Source: Haliotis rufescens (lineage: Eukaryota). Taken from it: a stretch of DNA of 64,000 bases. The DNA lies in assembly GCF_023055435.1 (NCBI RefSeq), contig NW_025963891.1:9424001-9488000 (forward strand). Direction: 5' to 3'. The notes under the pieces are model-generated. The model saw only the letters and a program-made list of their open reading frames with translations, was not told the origin of the DNA and ran no database searches. Positions 51,290 to 63,348 of this stretch are shown here, piece after piece. A program made the position numbers and the translations under genes. Each line of letters opens with the position of its first letter. Within the stretch, counting starts at the first letter, position 1.

Positions 51290-52972
51290 TAGCGTCTCAA
51301 TAACCAATCTAAACATGAACAATTCATTATTTTGTTTGATTCTCTTCCATTACTTCAGGCTAAGGCTGGGACGGGTAACTCGGGTACACGGGTCGGGCGG
51401 GTACTGAGTAGGACCCGGGTACCCACAGGACTACCCGGACCCGTGCACGTGATATATTGTTTAATGACAAAAAATATCTGGAACTCTACGGTTACACTAC
51501 AAATCACTAATTCCTTCTGATTTTTCATATGGTTGAATAGTCCTGCACCATGACCGTGGAATATATATATTTTATGGGGAAAAAAATATATCTGGAAACG
51601 CATACAAAAGCAAGTCTAGCCAGCTCAAGCTAGCTCTATTATAGGGATTTTTTTTTAATCTTAGAGTCAAGAAATATATTATGAATATAAGATTTCATAG
51701 ACTAAATGTTAGTCTAATGGTTGAATAAAGATATAACTTAATTCAACTTCAGTGTATGAATGACCAGGTTGTTTAATGCATGTATCTAAATACGTTTTGC
51801 CAGGGCTATTCTAAAAATGTTCCCAATCGGACATTTAGAGACATCTCCTGAGACCTACAGTGGGTACCCGGGTAGGGTCGGGTAATAGGGGATTGGGTAC
51901 CCGGTTAGTAAATTTGGACTCGTCCCAGCCCCACTTCATGCTTTTAAAAATATGTCATGTAAACATACTTTTTCACTTGAAATTATTGAATTATTAATGA
52001 TCTTCCTACTGGTTAATATGATCATCTTTTGTTGGTTACCCAGCCATGTTGGAATCAATGGTAACACCATGGCCGATGCTACTGAAAATCTGTGACGCCA
52101 CTTCTGATCCCTTACAGTGATTACAAACCAGTGATCAGATCTTACATCCGGGATCTAAAGCAAAAAATGGAAGTGGGACACCCAAGTAGGTATCAATAAC
52201 TAAGTTGCATTAAATGAAGCTAACTATCGGTTACACCTACTTGGGTTGTCAGTCCAGATTTGAAAAAGTCATTCTGAGACCATATACTCATGAATATTCA
52301 GTGAAAGGTGAGGATCCTCCGTTTCGTATCTCTTGTGATGAAGGAATCACAGTCAAGTATGTCCTGCTTGACTGTGTTGATTTTTCTACCACAAGGGATA
52401 AATATTTCAGTGTTAAAACAGTCAAGGACCTTTTTAGTCATGTTAATTCTCATTTAATAGTGTGCTTTTTAAAGAAAATAGAACTTATTCATAAATTTTG
52501 ATGTACGTAGTGTATATATATTTTTTTAATTAGTAGTGCTAATTAGTAACTTAGATTGTTAGTGGCGGTTCCCTCCAGAAGGGCTGAAATAACGTCAAAT
52601 TATTGTCCCCCTAAGAGGGTATGTACGTTTTGTACATGCCAGACTTTTTATCGTAGTATATTCGTCATTTTAATCTGTGACTTAACTGGTAAACTATCGC
52701 CAGTGACTGAAGGGATTATATAAATCCTGCCGGGGTCCATGCAGGAAGCAAAGGTACTGTAAGTCCCCATGGCCCCCACTATGATTATCTCCCCTTAGTT
52801 ATTGGCGATATTTATCCCATTTTGATATTGTGTTGTTGACTAATACTTTATTCTCTGAAATGTCCCCTTCTCGTTTTAAATCGAACTCGTTCTTGAACTG
52901 TCCATCGATGTTTTTATTTGGTGCAAACATATGTTTTATTAGTGTATAACTAAATATTAACTCACTCACTCA
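51290..52972 (+). pseudogene. 3' part of an I-group (Nimb/I-like) LINE: RNase H, C-terminal zinc finger, 3' UTR and (ACTC)n tail; interrupted by a hAT MITE
   Basis: FIILFDSLPLLQA|FKNMSCKH..., FCWLPSHVGINGNTMADA (RNase H WxPSHVGIxGN), YTHEYSVKGEDPPF..SCDE.ITVKYVLLDCVDF; ends taaatattaactcactcactcac. Confidence 0.85.
51361..51933. mobile_element. hAT-type non-autonomous transposon
   Basis: TIR taaggctgggacg / cgtcccagcccca, 8-bp TSD cttca(g/t)gc, subterminal cgggta/tacccg repeats. Confidence 0.85.
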
Positions 52973-53150
52973 CCTGGCGTATATGCGACTTTACACCTAG
53001 AGACGAATAACAAACTTTGTTTGCAACCTCTTTCAAATCTTCACTAACTTCTAACATTTTTATGTGCTTTCCTGAAAGTTCAGATATACAAGTGTATGAT
53101 AAGATTTAATCTCAGCCTCATTTGTTTGTCTCATTCCTTTAGCTCCAGGG

Positions 53151-53817
53151 NNNNNNNNNNNNNNNNNNNNNNNNNNNNNNNNNNNNNNNNNNNNNNNNNN
53201 NNNNNNNNNNNNNNNNNNNNNNNNNNNNNNNNNNNNNNNNNNNNNNNNNNNNNNNNNNNNNNNNNNNNNNNNNNNNNNNNNNNNNNNNNNNNNNNNNNNN
53301 NNNNNNNNNNNNNNNNNNNNNNNNNNNNNNNNNNNNNNNNNNNNNNNNNNNNNNNNNNNNNNNNNNNNNNNNNNNNNNNNNNNNNNNNNNNNNNNNNNNN
53401 NNNNNNNNNNNNNNNNNNNNNNNNNNNNNNNNNNNNNNNNNNNNNNNNNNNNNNNNNNNNNNNNNNNNNNNNNNNNNNNNNNNNNNNNNNNNNNNNNNNN
53501 NNNNNNNNNNNNNNNNNNNNNNNNNNNNNNNNNNNNNNNNNNNNNNNNNNNNNNNNNNNNNNNNNNNNNNNNNNNNNNNNNNNNNNNNNNNNNNNNNNNN
53601 NNNNNNNNNNNNNNNNNNNNNNNNNNNNNNNNNNNNNNNNNNNNNNNNNNNNNNNNNNNNNNNNNNNNNNNNNNNNNNNNNNNNNNNNNNNNNNNNNNNN
53701 NNNNNNNNNNNNNNNNNNNNNNNNNNNNNNNNNNNNNNNNNNNNNNNNNNNNNNNNNNNNNNNNNNNNNNNNNNNNNNNNNNNNNNNNNNNNNNNNNNNN
53801 NNNNNNNNNNNNNNNNN
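53151..53817. other. Assembly gap (N run)
   Basis: Run of n. Confidence 1.
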
Positions 53818-54038
53818 GTTAGAAGCCAACTCCCACATTCACCGTTAGATCCACCTGATTGTACAGAGTCTGTGAACCACCATGTGACCATGTTGTTACG
53901 TGACTATAGTGTTTCTTAGTTTTAAAGCGCCCCAATGCGCCTGCCAAACAAACTATATATATCCCGCAAACAACAAATGTCCTCACATTCACGTGAAAGT
54001 GATGAAGCATGTCAGTAAACAAAGCGTAAATAACACGG

Positions 54039-54398
54039 TGAGGTGAGGTGAGGTGAGGTGGTGTTTAACGTCTCGTTCAAGATTATTGCACTTTTATAGC
54101 GATATGCATTAACGCGTGTGTGTGTCTGTATGTCTCTGTGTGTATGTGGCTACTTGTACTAGTCCGACTAATGCAGACTTCATAGTGCTCGCCCACTGAG
54201 ATACCATGCCGCAGTTTAACATGAATACGGAGACACAGTATACTGACTCCGAGCCGACCAGTCCTTGTGATAGCCGAGCGCCAGGCAGTTTAACAAGTAC
54301 CATCTCTTAACGTCTTTTGGTATGACGCGGCCGGGGATCGAACCCCGGACCTTCCGCTATCCGGGCAGACGCTCTATCCACTTGACCACTAAGCGGTT
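54039..54398 (-). mobile_element. SINE family D, full length
   Basis: tRNA-like head (TGGTCAAGTGG, GGTTCGATCCCC), internal (CA)-rich tract, (ACCTC)n tail; TSD taaata(a/c)cacgg. Confidence 0.9.
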
Positions 54399-55337
54399 TA
54401 AATACCACGGAAACTAATAAATATATATCAACATCTCTTATTAAGCTAGGTTTATGTTTCTCGAACAGGAAAGTTTAAAAAATCAATATATGTACCATTA
54501 ACAAATATATATAACACGATGTCATTTTTATTAACAATTTGTAGTTAACGCGTTGTTTACCGTTATGCGAATTTCCGCTAATTTCCGTAACGCCATTTCA
54601 CCATAACATTCGGAATAGATGTTCTCCGGAATACGTGAACACGTGCAGTCCAAAACGGTTTTGTTTCCAATTTATGGAGAAAAAAGCACCAAACCTTCCG
54701 CATCACATGTACATTTTAGATGTGTTATTGCATCGAGCGTGGCAATTAGTGGTGCAACATAATTTTCTGAACCAAATGCTTGTATTATTTAATTTGTGCC
54801 TCAGCACGGTGTTATTAGTAAATTATACATACACCAGACACAGGTGGCGGGGAAAGGCCTACACGATTGTATCCATTAACAAAAGCGTTTGGCAACAGCT
54901 AAAAGTTTAATGAAAGGTTTCACGGGAGCTATTTATGATGATGACGTCAGGACCCGACTTCTCTCTGCTTTCAGAAATTAGTTTAATCCTCTCCGTAAAA
55001 CTTTGGATATACGGTCACGCAGCAGAGCCTGGTAAAATTAATTTATTTTAAATGGGTGTGTCCCACTTGTTATCAACGCGGGTGGTTATAGTTTGTTTGC
55101 GTCACACGGAAGATCTAGGCACCACACTGGTTCAATGTGTGAGCTCAGTCATGAAGTCCCCTGCTGTGGTATTGCGGACTTGCTTTTTAAAAGGGCGTGA
55201 AACAACCCATTTGCTTTCTGCTATTGTTTTAAGCTGCGTAAAATGTACCCAATAACTTACGTCCTAAAATTGGAATTTATGCATGTTTCTGATATTCCTA
55301 GCGGGATTATATTATTTTTGAACTTCATTCCTCTTCA

Positions 55338-55645
55338 GAGTGAGTGAGTTGGGTTTAACGCCGCTTTTAACAGTATTCCAGTTATATCACGGCGTGTCAG
55401 TTTAATGTGGGAGGAAAGCCCGAAGTGATGCAGGTCTCAGACGTTTACCACTTCGTTGAAACCAATGAGCACGGGTATGGCCCTGATTATGTTTGTAGGG
55501 TGGTCAGCACCCACGCACGTGGGTTTCATCAACGTGGTAAACGTCGAAGTCATGCATCATTTTGGTTTTGCCTCCCAAATCAAGCTAGCACGCCCTGATA
55601 TACTGGTAACATAAACAACTTGAGCTAAACTCCCTCACTCACTTA
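55338..55645. mobile_element. Two SINE B 3' halves fused head-to-head
   Basis: 55338-55480 near-consensus minus half; 55481-55645 diverged plus half. Confidence 0.8.
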
Positions 55646-55754
55646 CTTAGTCCGGACGGTTGTAATCAGAAGTACCCAATCTCGTTGTATCCTTCCTGTG
55701 TTGCGCCCAAAGGACACCGGTGTCCACTAGACGTGAGTTCCCGTTGTACCAGTT

Positions 55755-56650
55755 CCACTTGATGTCATCTGAGCATTGTTTCACTTCATGTCATCTGAGC
55801 ATTGTTTCACTTCATGTCATCTGAGCATTGTTTCACTTCATGTCATCTGAGCATTGTTTCACTTCATGTCATCTGAGCATTGTTTCACTTTACATGATCT
55901 TGTTCTACTTGATGTCATCTCGGTATTGTTCCACCTGATGTCACCTCAGCATTGTTCCACCTGATGTCACCTCAGCATTGTTCCACCAGATGTCACCTCA
56001 GCATTGTTCCACCTGATGTCACCTCAGCATTGTTCCACTTGACGTTATCTGAGCATTGTCCAACCCAATGTCATCTCAGCAGTGTTCTCCTTGACGTCAC
56101 CTCGGCAGTGTTCCACTTGACGTCATCTCAGCATTGTTCTACTTAATGTCATCTCAGCATTGTTCCACGTAATGTCATCTCAGCATTGTTCTACTTAATG
56201 TCATCTCAGCATTGTTCCACTTGACGTTATCTGAGCATTGTCCAACTCAATGTCATCTCAGCAGTGTTCCACTTGACGTCATCTCAGCATTGTTCTACTT
56301 AATTTCATCTCAGCATTGTTCCACTTAACAGCATTGTTCCATTAAATGTAACCTCAGCATTGACCAACTCGATGTCACCTCGGCAATGCTCCACTTGACG
56401 TTATCTTGGTATTGTTTCATTTAATGTCACCTCAGCAATGCTCCACTTGACGTTATCTTGGTATTGTTTCATTTAATGTCACCTCAGCAATGCTCCACTT
56501 GACGTTATCTTAGCATTGTTCTACTTGACGTTATCTTAGCATTGTTCTACTTGACGTTATCTTAGCATTGTTCTACTTGACGTTATCTTAGCATTGTTCT
56601 ACTTGATGTCATCTGAGCATTGTTCCACGTGACGCCATCACAGTATTGTT
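55755..56650. repeat. 26-bp minisatellite, about 34 units
   Basis: Unit cacttgatgtcatctcagcattgttc. Confidence 0.95.
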
Positions 56651-56796
56651 CAACATAATGGCGACTGAATCGGGGAACAATTATTTGAATTTGAAACGGA
56701 CTTCACTTCAGATGCTGTATTTGATTATTTGTTTGTTTGAGTCGGTAATTTGTCAGATGGATCACTGCGATTTTTAATAATCAATTGGTAAATAAA

Positions 56797-58240
56797 CTGG
56801 GAATACTAGCAACACAGTTCTTGGGAATTCAAGCAAAACAGTTTTTGGGGAATACTAGCAACACAGTACTTGGGAAGTAAGCAACAGAGTTCTTGGGAAT
56901 ACTAGCAGCACAGTACTTGGGAATGTAAGCAACAGCGTTCTTGGGAATACTAGCAGCACAGTACTTGGGAATGCAAGCAATACAGTTCTTGAGAATACTA
57001 GCAGCACAGTACTTGGGAATGCAAACAATACAGTTCTTGGGAATACTAGCAACACAGTACTTGGGAATACTGGCAGCACAGTACTTAGGAATGTAAGCAA
57101 CAGAGTTCTTGGGAATACAAGCAGCACAGTACTTGGGAATGCAAGCAATACAGGTCTTGGGAATACTAGCAACACAGTACTTTGGAATGCAAGCAATACA
57201 GTTCTTGGGAATACTAGCAGCACAGTACTTGGAAATGCAAGCAATACAGTTCTTGGGAACACTAACAACACAGTACTTGGGATACTAGCAACACAGTACT
57301 TGGGAATACTAGCAGCACAGTACTTGGGAATGTAAGCAACAGAGTTCTTGGGAATACTAGCAGCACAGTACTTTGGAATGTAAGCAACAGAGTTCTTGGG
57401 AATACTAGCAACACAGTACTTGGGGATGTAAGCAATACAGTTCTTGGGAATACTAGCAACACAGTACTTGGGAATACTAGCAGCACAGTACTTGAGAATA
57501 CTAGCAGCACAGTACTTGGGAATACTAGCAGCACAGTACTTGGGAATGTAAGCAACACAGTACTTGGGAATACTAGCAACACAGTACTTGGGAATACTAG
57601 CAGCACAGTACTTGGGAATGTAAGCAACAGAGTTCTTGGGAATACTAGCAGCACAGTACTTTGGAATGTAAGCAACAGAGTTCTTGGGAATACTAGCAAC
57701 ACAGTCCTTCGGGATGTAAGCAATACAGTTCTTGGGAATACTAGCAACACAGTACTTGAGAATACTAGCAGCACAGTACTTGGGAATACTAGCAGCACAG
57801 TACTTGGGAATGTAGGCAATACAGTTCTTGGGAATACTAGCAACACAGTACTTGGGAATACTGGCAGCACAGTACTTGGGAATGTAAGCAACAGAGTTCG
57901 TGGGAATACTAGCAGCACAGTACTTGGGAATTCACGCAATACAGTTCTTGGGAATACTAGCAGCACAGTACTTGAGAATTCAAGCAATACAGTTCTTGGG
58001 AATACTAGCAGCACAGTACTTGGGAATGCAAGCAATACATTGCTTGGGAATACAAGCAAAACTGTGTTTGGGAACACATGCAAAACAATGCTTGGGAATT
58101 CAAGCAATACAGTTCTTGGGAATACAAGCAATACAGTTCTTGGGAATACAAGCAATACAGTTCTTGGGAATACAATCAATGCAGTGCTTGGGTAAACAGA
58201 CAAAGCGGTTCTTGTGAACACAAGCAATACAGTGCTTCCA
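56797..58240. repeat. 24-bp minisatellite, about 60 units
   Basis: Unit gggaatactagcagcacagtactt; gives 8-aa periodic ORFs. Confidence 0.95.
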
Positions 58241-58529
58241 ACGGGGTATGTACATGTATGGCTTGTGACCTTTACATGTATGTTCCTGTAAATTCGTACG
58301 TGTCAACGATGGTATTGTATTAAGGTAAACCTGAATATTCAGACTGAAACTGAAGACGAACCAAGCGATTTGAACATCCTGTAAAATGATATTTATTTTC
58401 TGTGCTCGGATCCGTGGGAGGTTAATTAGGAATCACAGTCTCGGGGCAGTCAGCCTCACGTGATGGATGTGACTTCTTGTGCTTCACAGCAAGAGACGCG
58501 GTACGGCTGTACGCAATGTACTCCGTTAG

Positions 58530-59720
58530 ACGACTGATGCTAAGCCATGCAGCAAGACGACTTGATGTTAGCCCTTCCACGTGACGACAATATGTTAGCC
58601 ATGCCACGTGACGATTACTAGTATATGTTAGCCTTTCTACGTGACGACTTTATGTGAAGCAGTTCAGCGCGACGACTTTAGATTAGCCTTTCTACGTGAC
58701 GACTTAAGACGACAATATGTTTGCAATGCTGCATGACTGTATGCTAGCCATGTTACGTGTTGACTCTATGTCAGCAATACAAAGTGACGACTGTGTTAGC
58801 CATGCCCACTGACGACTGTATATTAGCCATGACTATATGTTAGCCATGCTACGTGTTGACAGTATGTTAGCCATGTTACGTGTTGACTATATGTTAGCCA
58901 TGCTACGTGTTGACTATATGTTAGCCATGTCACGTGTTGACAGTATGTTAGCCATGTTACGTGTTGACTATATGTTAGCCATGCTACGTGTTGACTGTAT
59001 GCTAGCCATGTCACGTGTTGACTGTATGTTAGCCATGTCACGTGTTGACAGTATGTTAGCCATGTTACGTGTTGACTATATGTTAGCCATGTCATGTGTT
59101 GACTGTATGTTAGCCATGTTACGTGTTGACTGTATGTTAGCCATGTTACGTGTTGACTGTATGCTAGCCATGTCACGTGTTGACTGTATGCTAGCCATGT
59201 CACGTGTTGACTGTATGCTAGCCATGTCACGTGTTGACTGTATGTTAGCAATGTTACGTGTTGACTGTATGCTAGCCATGTCACGTGTTGACTGTGTGTT
59301 AGCCATTTCACGTGTTGACTGTATGCTAGCCATGTCACGTGTTGACTGTATGCTAGCCATGTCACGTGTTGACTGTATGTTAGCCATGTCACGTGTTGAC
59401 ATTATGTCAGCAATACAAAGTGGCGACTGTGTTAGCCATGCCCACTGAAGACTGAATATTAGCCATGACTATATGTTAGCCATGCTACCCGTTGACTGTA
59501 TGTTAGCCACGTTACTCGTTGACTGTATGTTAGCCACGCTACGTGACCGCTGTGTTAGCCATCCAAAGTGACGACTGTATATTAGCTATGTAACGCGTTG
59601 GCTATAGGCCATGCTACGTGACGACTAATTGTTAGTCATACAAAATGACGACATTGTTAGCCATGCTCCGTGTCGACTCTGTGGACAATACAGCAGAGCG
59701 ACTGTATGCAGGCTATGCAA
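58530..59720. repeat. 27-bp minisatellite with homogeneous core (about 58830-59400) and degenerate flanks
   Basis: Unit gttagccatgtcacgtgttgactgtat; gives 9-aa periodic ORFs. Confidence 0.95.
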
Positions 59721-60069
59721 CATATAGTACCATAGTTTAACCCTGCTAAACCGGGCATCGTTTGCCTGGAAGCCACGTCGTCCTGGGAACAACTGTTCGC
59801 AACGTCTTCACCTATTAACAGTTATTGCATCGCACAAATACTCTTTAGGCCAGAATTTGTAAATAAGCGCGTTTAACTGGAAAGGGTACCGTCAGGATTA
59901 ACGGAGATCCACTGAATATTTTAGCCAGGCCACGTGACGACTATCTGTTTCATGCTTAATTACCAAATTCCAACACAAAATTTACATAAGTAAATGAACA
60001 CAATTTTACTCCAAGCTCCTTTCGTCTGGCATTGCCGATTGATCAGAACTCACTCACTCATCCTAACAA

Positions 60070-61160
60070 GGCGTAAGCAAATCCCTTAAGTAATCTCACC
60101 GCATTAGCGTCACTTATGGGAAATTGCCACCCGCGGATTTGAAACCATTCTGAAATACGCCCAATCAGCATGTACGAGAACGTTAGTTTCTCGATGTGTA
60201 AAACGTATAAGAATGGAAACGGAGACGGAATAATTCACTAACATCTAATAGGATTTGCTACGGCAGACAGCATACCGCCAGGTTCGGTATTCGTCACAGA
60301 GGCGAGCTAACAGAACAATAGGCAAACCTCTCACACGGCAACTGCTGATTACCACAGCCATTTTACTGCGGAGCGGGTAACCTTTCCGCGCAAAAAATAG
60401 TCCATCGAAATTAGTAAAGGAAATTACACCGAGGGCTAGTCGGTCGGGCTAGCCGCGCTCGGATGGCGCTTTGTTGAAGTAAAATTGTATGAAAGAAATC
60501 CGGAGCGGCCGAAGGCATTGTACAGCGTCCAATATATTAGCATCGATTGACGAAACGGCTCTGCCGTGGCGCTGAGTTACGGCGCGGACTATTACCGCCT
60601 GTTACGGCGCATTGATCGGCCGTTTGCGGAGATAGATCGCATTAGGGTCGCATTTTGCCGAACAAGTGATAGCATGGCGCAGAATAGAAGAAAAAAGAGC
60701 TGATTAACGATTGTTGGAGATTCGAAGGAAGGCTTTTGTAATCCACTAGGCGAATAAAAGCGCGCAGAGGAATGGCAGGATCTGAATGGATGCAGCGAAA
60801 TCACGTTCTTGTTTCTATTAAGAACGGGACGAAAGGCTTGTTTTTTTAGTCACAGATAGGTACTGTCGACCGGTACCATGAAACACTTAATTGAATGTCG
60901 TCAAAGAAAGTTTAAATACTATCCCACGGAGGTCCTGCTAAGAATGAGTCTCGGGAGAAATAGTGTTTTGTCGAACGTGCCCGCATGCGTCTCGAGTTTT
61001 AAGATAATCAAATTGCGTGGTAAAGAACGTGAAAATCGATATCTTAAATGGAAAACCTATCACTGCGCCCAACATATAATTAACCATTATTAAACCGCCG
61101 GGGTCCATAAAAAGGGGGTTTTAGTGAATATTCAAGTCACGTGGTAGAAACTATTTTCGC
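60070..61160. promoter_or_regulatory. Repeat-free CpG-rich island, putative regulatory element
   Basis: About 1.1 kb unique, CpG-dense at 60430-60680, no credible ORF. Confidence 0.35.
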
Positions 61161-61336
61161 ATACACGCCGTTTCTTTCTTCCTATCTCAGCCTCAATTTG
61201 TAATTGTAGTCTCAAACTCGTGTCGATGAGGTCGAGGCCCCGAAACTTCAACATTCTCTTTTGAATAAAATCTAAATCATCTACATCTACACCTTAACGA
61301 TAGTTCCTTGGGTGAATGACCATCAGTGAGATTAGT

Positions 61337-61498
61337 GAGTGAGTATGGTTTTACGCCGCTTTTAGCAATATTCCAGCAATATCACGGCTGGGGGGACACC
61401 AGAAATAGGTTTCACACAATGTACCCATGTCGGGAATCGAACCCGGGTCTTCGGCGTGATGAACGAACGCTTTAACCACTGGGCCACCCGACCGCCCC
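61337..61498 (-). mobile_element. SINE family A
   Basis: TSD tcag(t/c)gagattagt. Confidence 0.95.
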
Positions 61499-62118
61499 TC
61501 AGCGAGATTAGTCGTGTACGTTCAGTCTAATGAAAACTCAGCAGATTCATCCCAACACTGAGCCAATTATTATACACAGAGAGGAAATTTGTATTTCAAC
61601 AAATTATAAAATATTATAATTTCGTGCAATATTTATGTATTTACATAGCGCCGCAGTATTGGTCTAATAGAACCGGTAAAGCTGTTACTTCCGGGGAACT
61701 ATAACGAACAGCACGATCAATAAGCAATATTGAATAACGTGTCCTGTTGTGATGAAGATAATTGCAGCACGCGTTTTTCCGTCCGGGATTGTACCATTTT
61801 GTCATCACTTGCCTTTTAAACACGGATACTGCCAGATAGGAAATCGGAGTCTTATTAGAACATGAAATATGAGAATATGATGAATTCCATCTTCGCAATT
61901 CAAGCAAACACAGAAACTATTATTTATGAGTTTCTTGCAAAATGTCTTGTGCGGTATTCATTGTCATCGAGGATGTATCGCTTAAACCTCATTCAATGCG
62001 ACAATTGTAGTTCTCTGTGAACGCATGGAAGGTAAATCGAACCTCTGTCATTGGGGCAGCCTCGTCGTTGTTCAAAGACGTAGACGCTACGTCAACGTGT
62101 GTACAAAGGCCCATTCCG

Positions 62119-62227
62119 GGGGCCCGTTCCACAAAGCGATCTTAGTGCTATGATTGTCGTAAGCCTATTTTAAAGTATGGGAGTTACGATCATCTTAGCG
62201 CTAAGATCGCTTTGTGGATCGGGTCCC
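62119..62227. mobile_element. About 110-bp Harbinger-like MITE inside a degenerate SINE A
   Basis: TIR ggcccgttccacaaagcgatcttag / ctaagatcgctttgtggatcgggtcc; shares cacaaagcgatcttag with the 4993 element. Confidence 0.8.
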
Positions 62228-62850
62228 AGGTGTCCCCAGCATGCGACGTTGCTAAAAGCGGTGTAAAACAATGGACGCTGAGTCGGTCGTACATCTTAGA
62301 TCGCTTTGTCAATTCCAAACCCCAGAACACTTCCATTGATTCTTATGGTTAGTGATGCCATCATGTAGGGATATACAGATGTGATCACGTGACAATATAT
62401 AAACAGGTACTTGATTGGTGAAATAGAAGATAATCAGGATGTGAGTGAATTTTATATCACAGAATCTGTGCCAGACAAACCTGTGACTGAAATTATTAAA
62501 CTCCAATCAGTCTTATCGAAACGGACCACCCGACTCCCTTTTGTCGGCTCTATGACTTGGTTGATGGAGTGGATCGTTGCTCAAGATATCGACCATAGAC
62601 CGTCTGGTCCAGGTTATACATTTACAGGACAGATTATTTACAGGCCGCCGTCATAAAGCTTGACTTTTGCTTAATCCGCGCGGCGTTTAACAACAGACAA
62701 AAACAAAACAACTTAGCGCTACGATCGCTTTGTAAAACGAGGCTGAGGCTATATCAACTACGATGCCCCGATCAACAAAACGTTTGTAGCGCTATGACAG
62801 TCGCAAGCCTATATAAATAACACGAGTGCCGTGAAACTCCATGGTACAAT

Positions 62851-63348
62851 ACCACGTGTTATTCTTCACAAGGGCGTTGGATTTTTTTACTTGCAAACTT
62901 TGCCCGGGGTTTAATACAGAGGAAGCCCGTGAAGATCCGGGTTCGAAATACAGTAAACTACGGTTATAACGAACACGGTTATAACGAACTAACGGATATA
63001 ACGTACTAACTTTTTAGTCCCGACTATATGCTGTAGTTATGCTGTATATATGCTTATAACGAATTACGGTTATAACGAACTAAAATTAGTAGTCCCTTTG
63101 AGTTCGTTATAACCGTAGTTTACTGTAGGTCTCCAGCTACCCATGCTTGTCTTAAAGAGGCGACTAACGGGATCGGGTGGTCAGGCTCGTTGACTTGGTT
63201 GACGCATGTCATCGTATCCTAATTGCATAGATCGATGCTTATGATGTCAATCACTGGATTGTCTGGTCCAGATCCGATTATTTTATTTATTCCGCCGTCA
63301 TATAGCTGGAGTGCGGCGTTAAACAACAATTAACAAAGAAACAAACAA
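62851..63348 (+). mobile_element. SINE C2 variant with 5' extension, interrupted by a Tc1/pogo MITE
   Basis: Same extension and head variant as 43019-43632. Confidence 0.85.
62951..63125. mobile_element. Tc1/pogo-type MITE
   Basis: Perfect 24-bp TIR cagtaaactacggttataacgaac, TA duplication. Confidence 0.92.

Noticed and set aside
53096-53891. ORFs spanning the second N gap
   Set aside because: Artefacts of N translation
56855-59448. Long ORFs (321, 203, 189, 138 aa) as repeat proteins
   Set aside because: They arise from 24- and 27-bp units open in several frames and on both strands, with no unique domain or splice context
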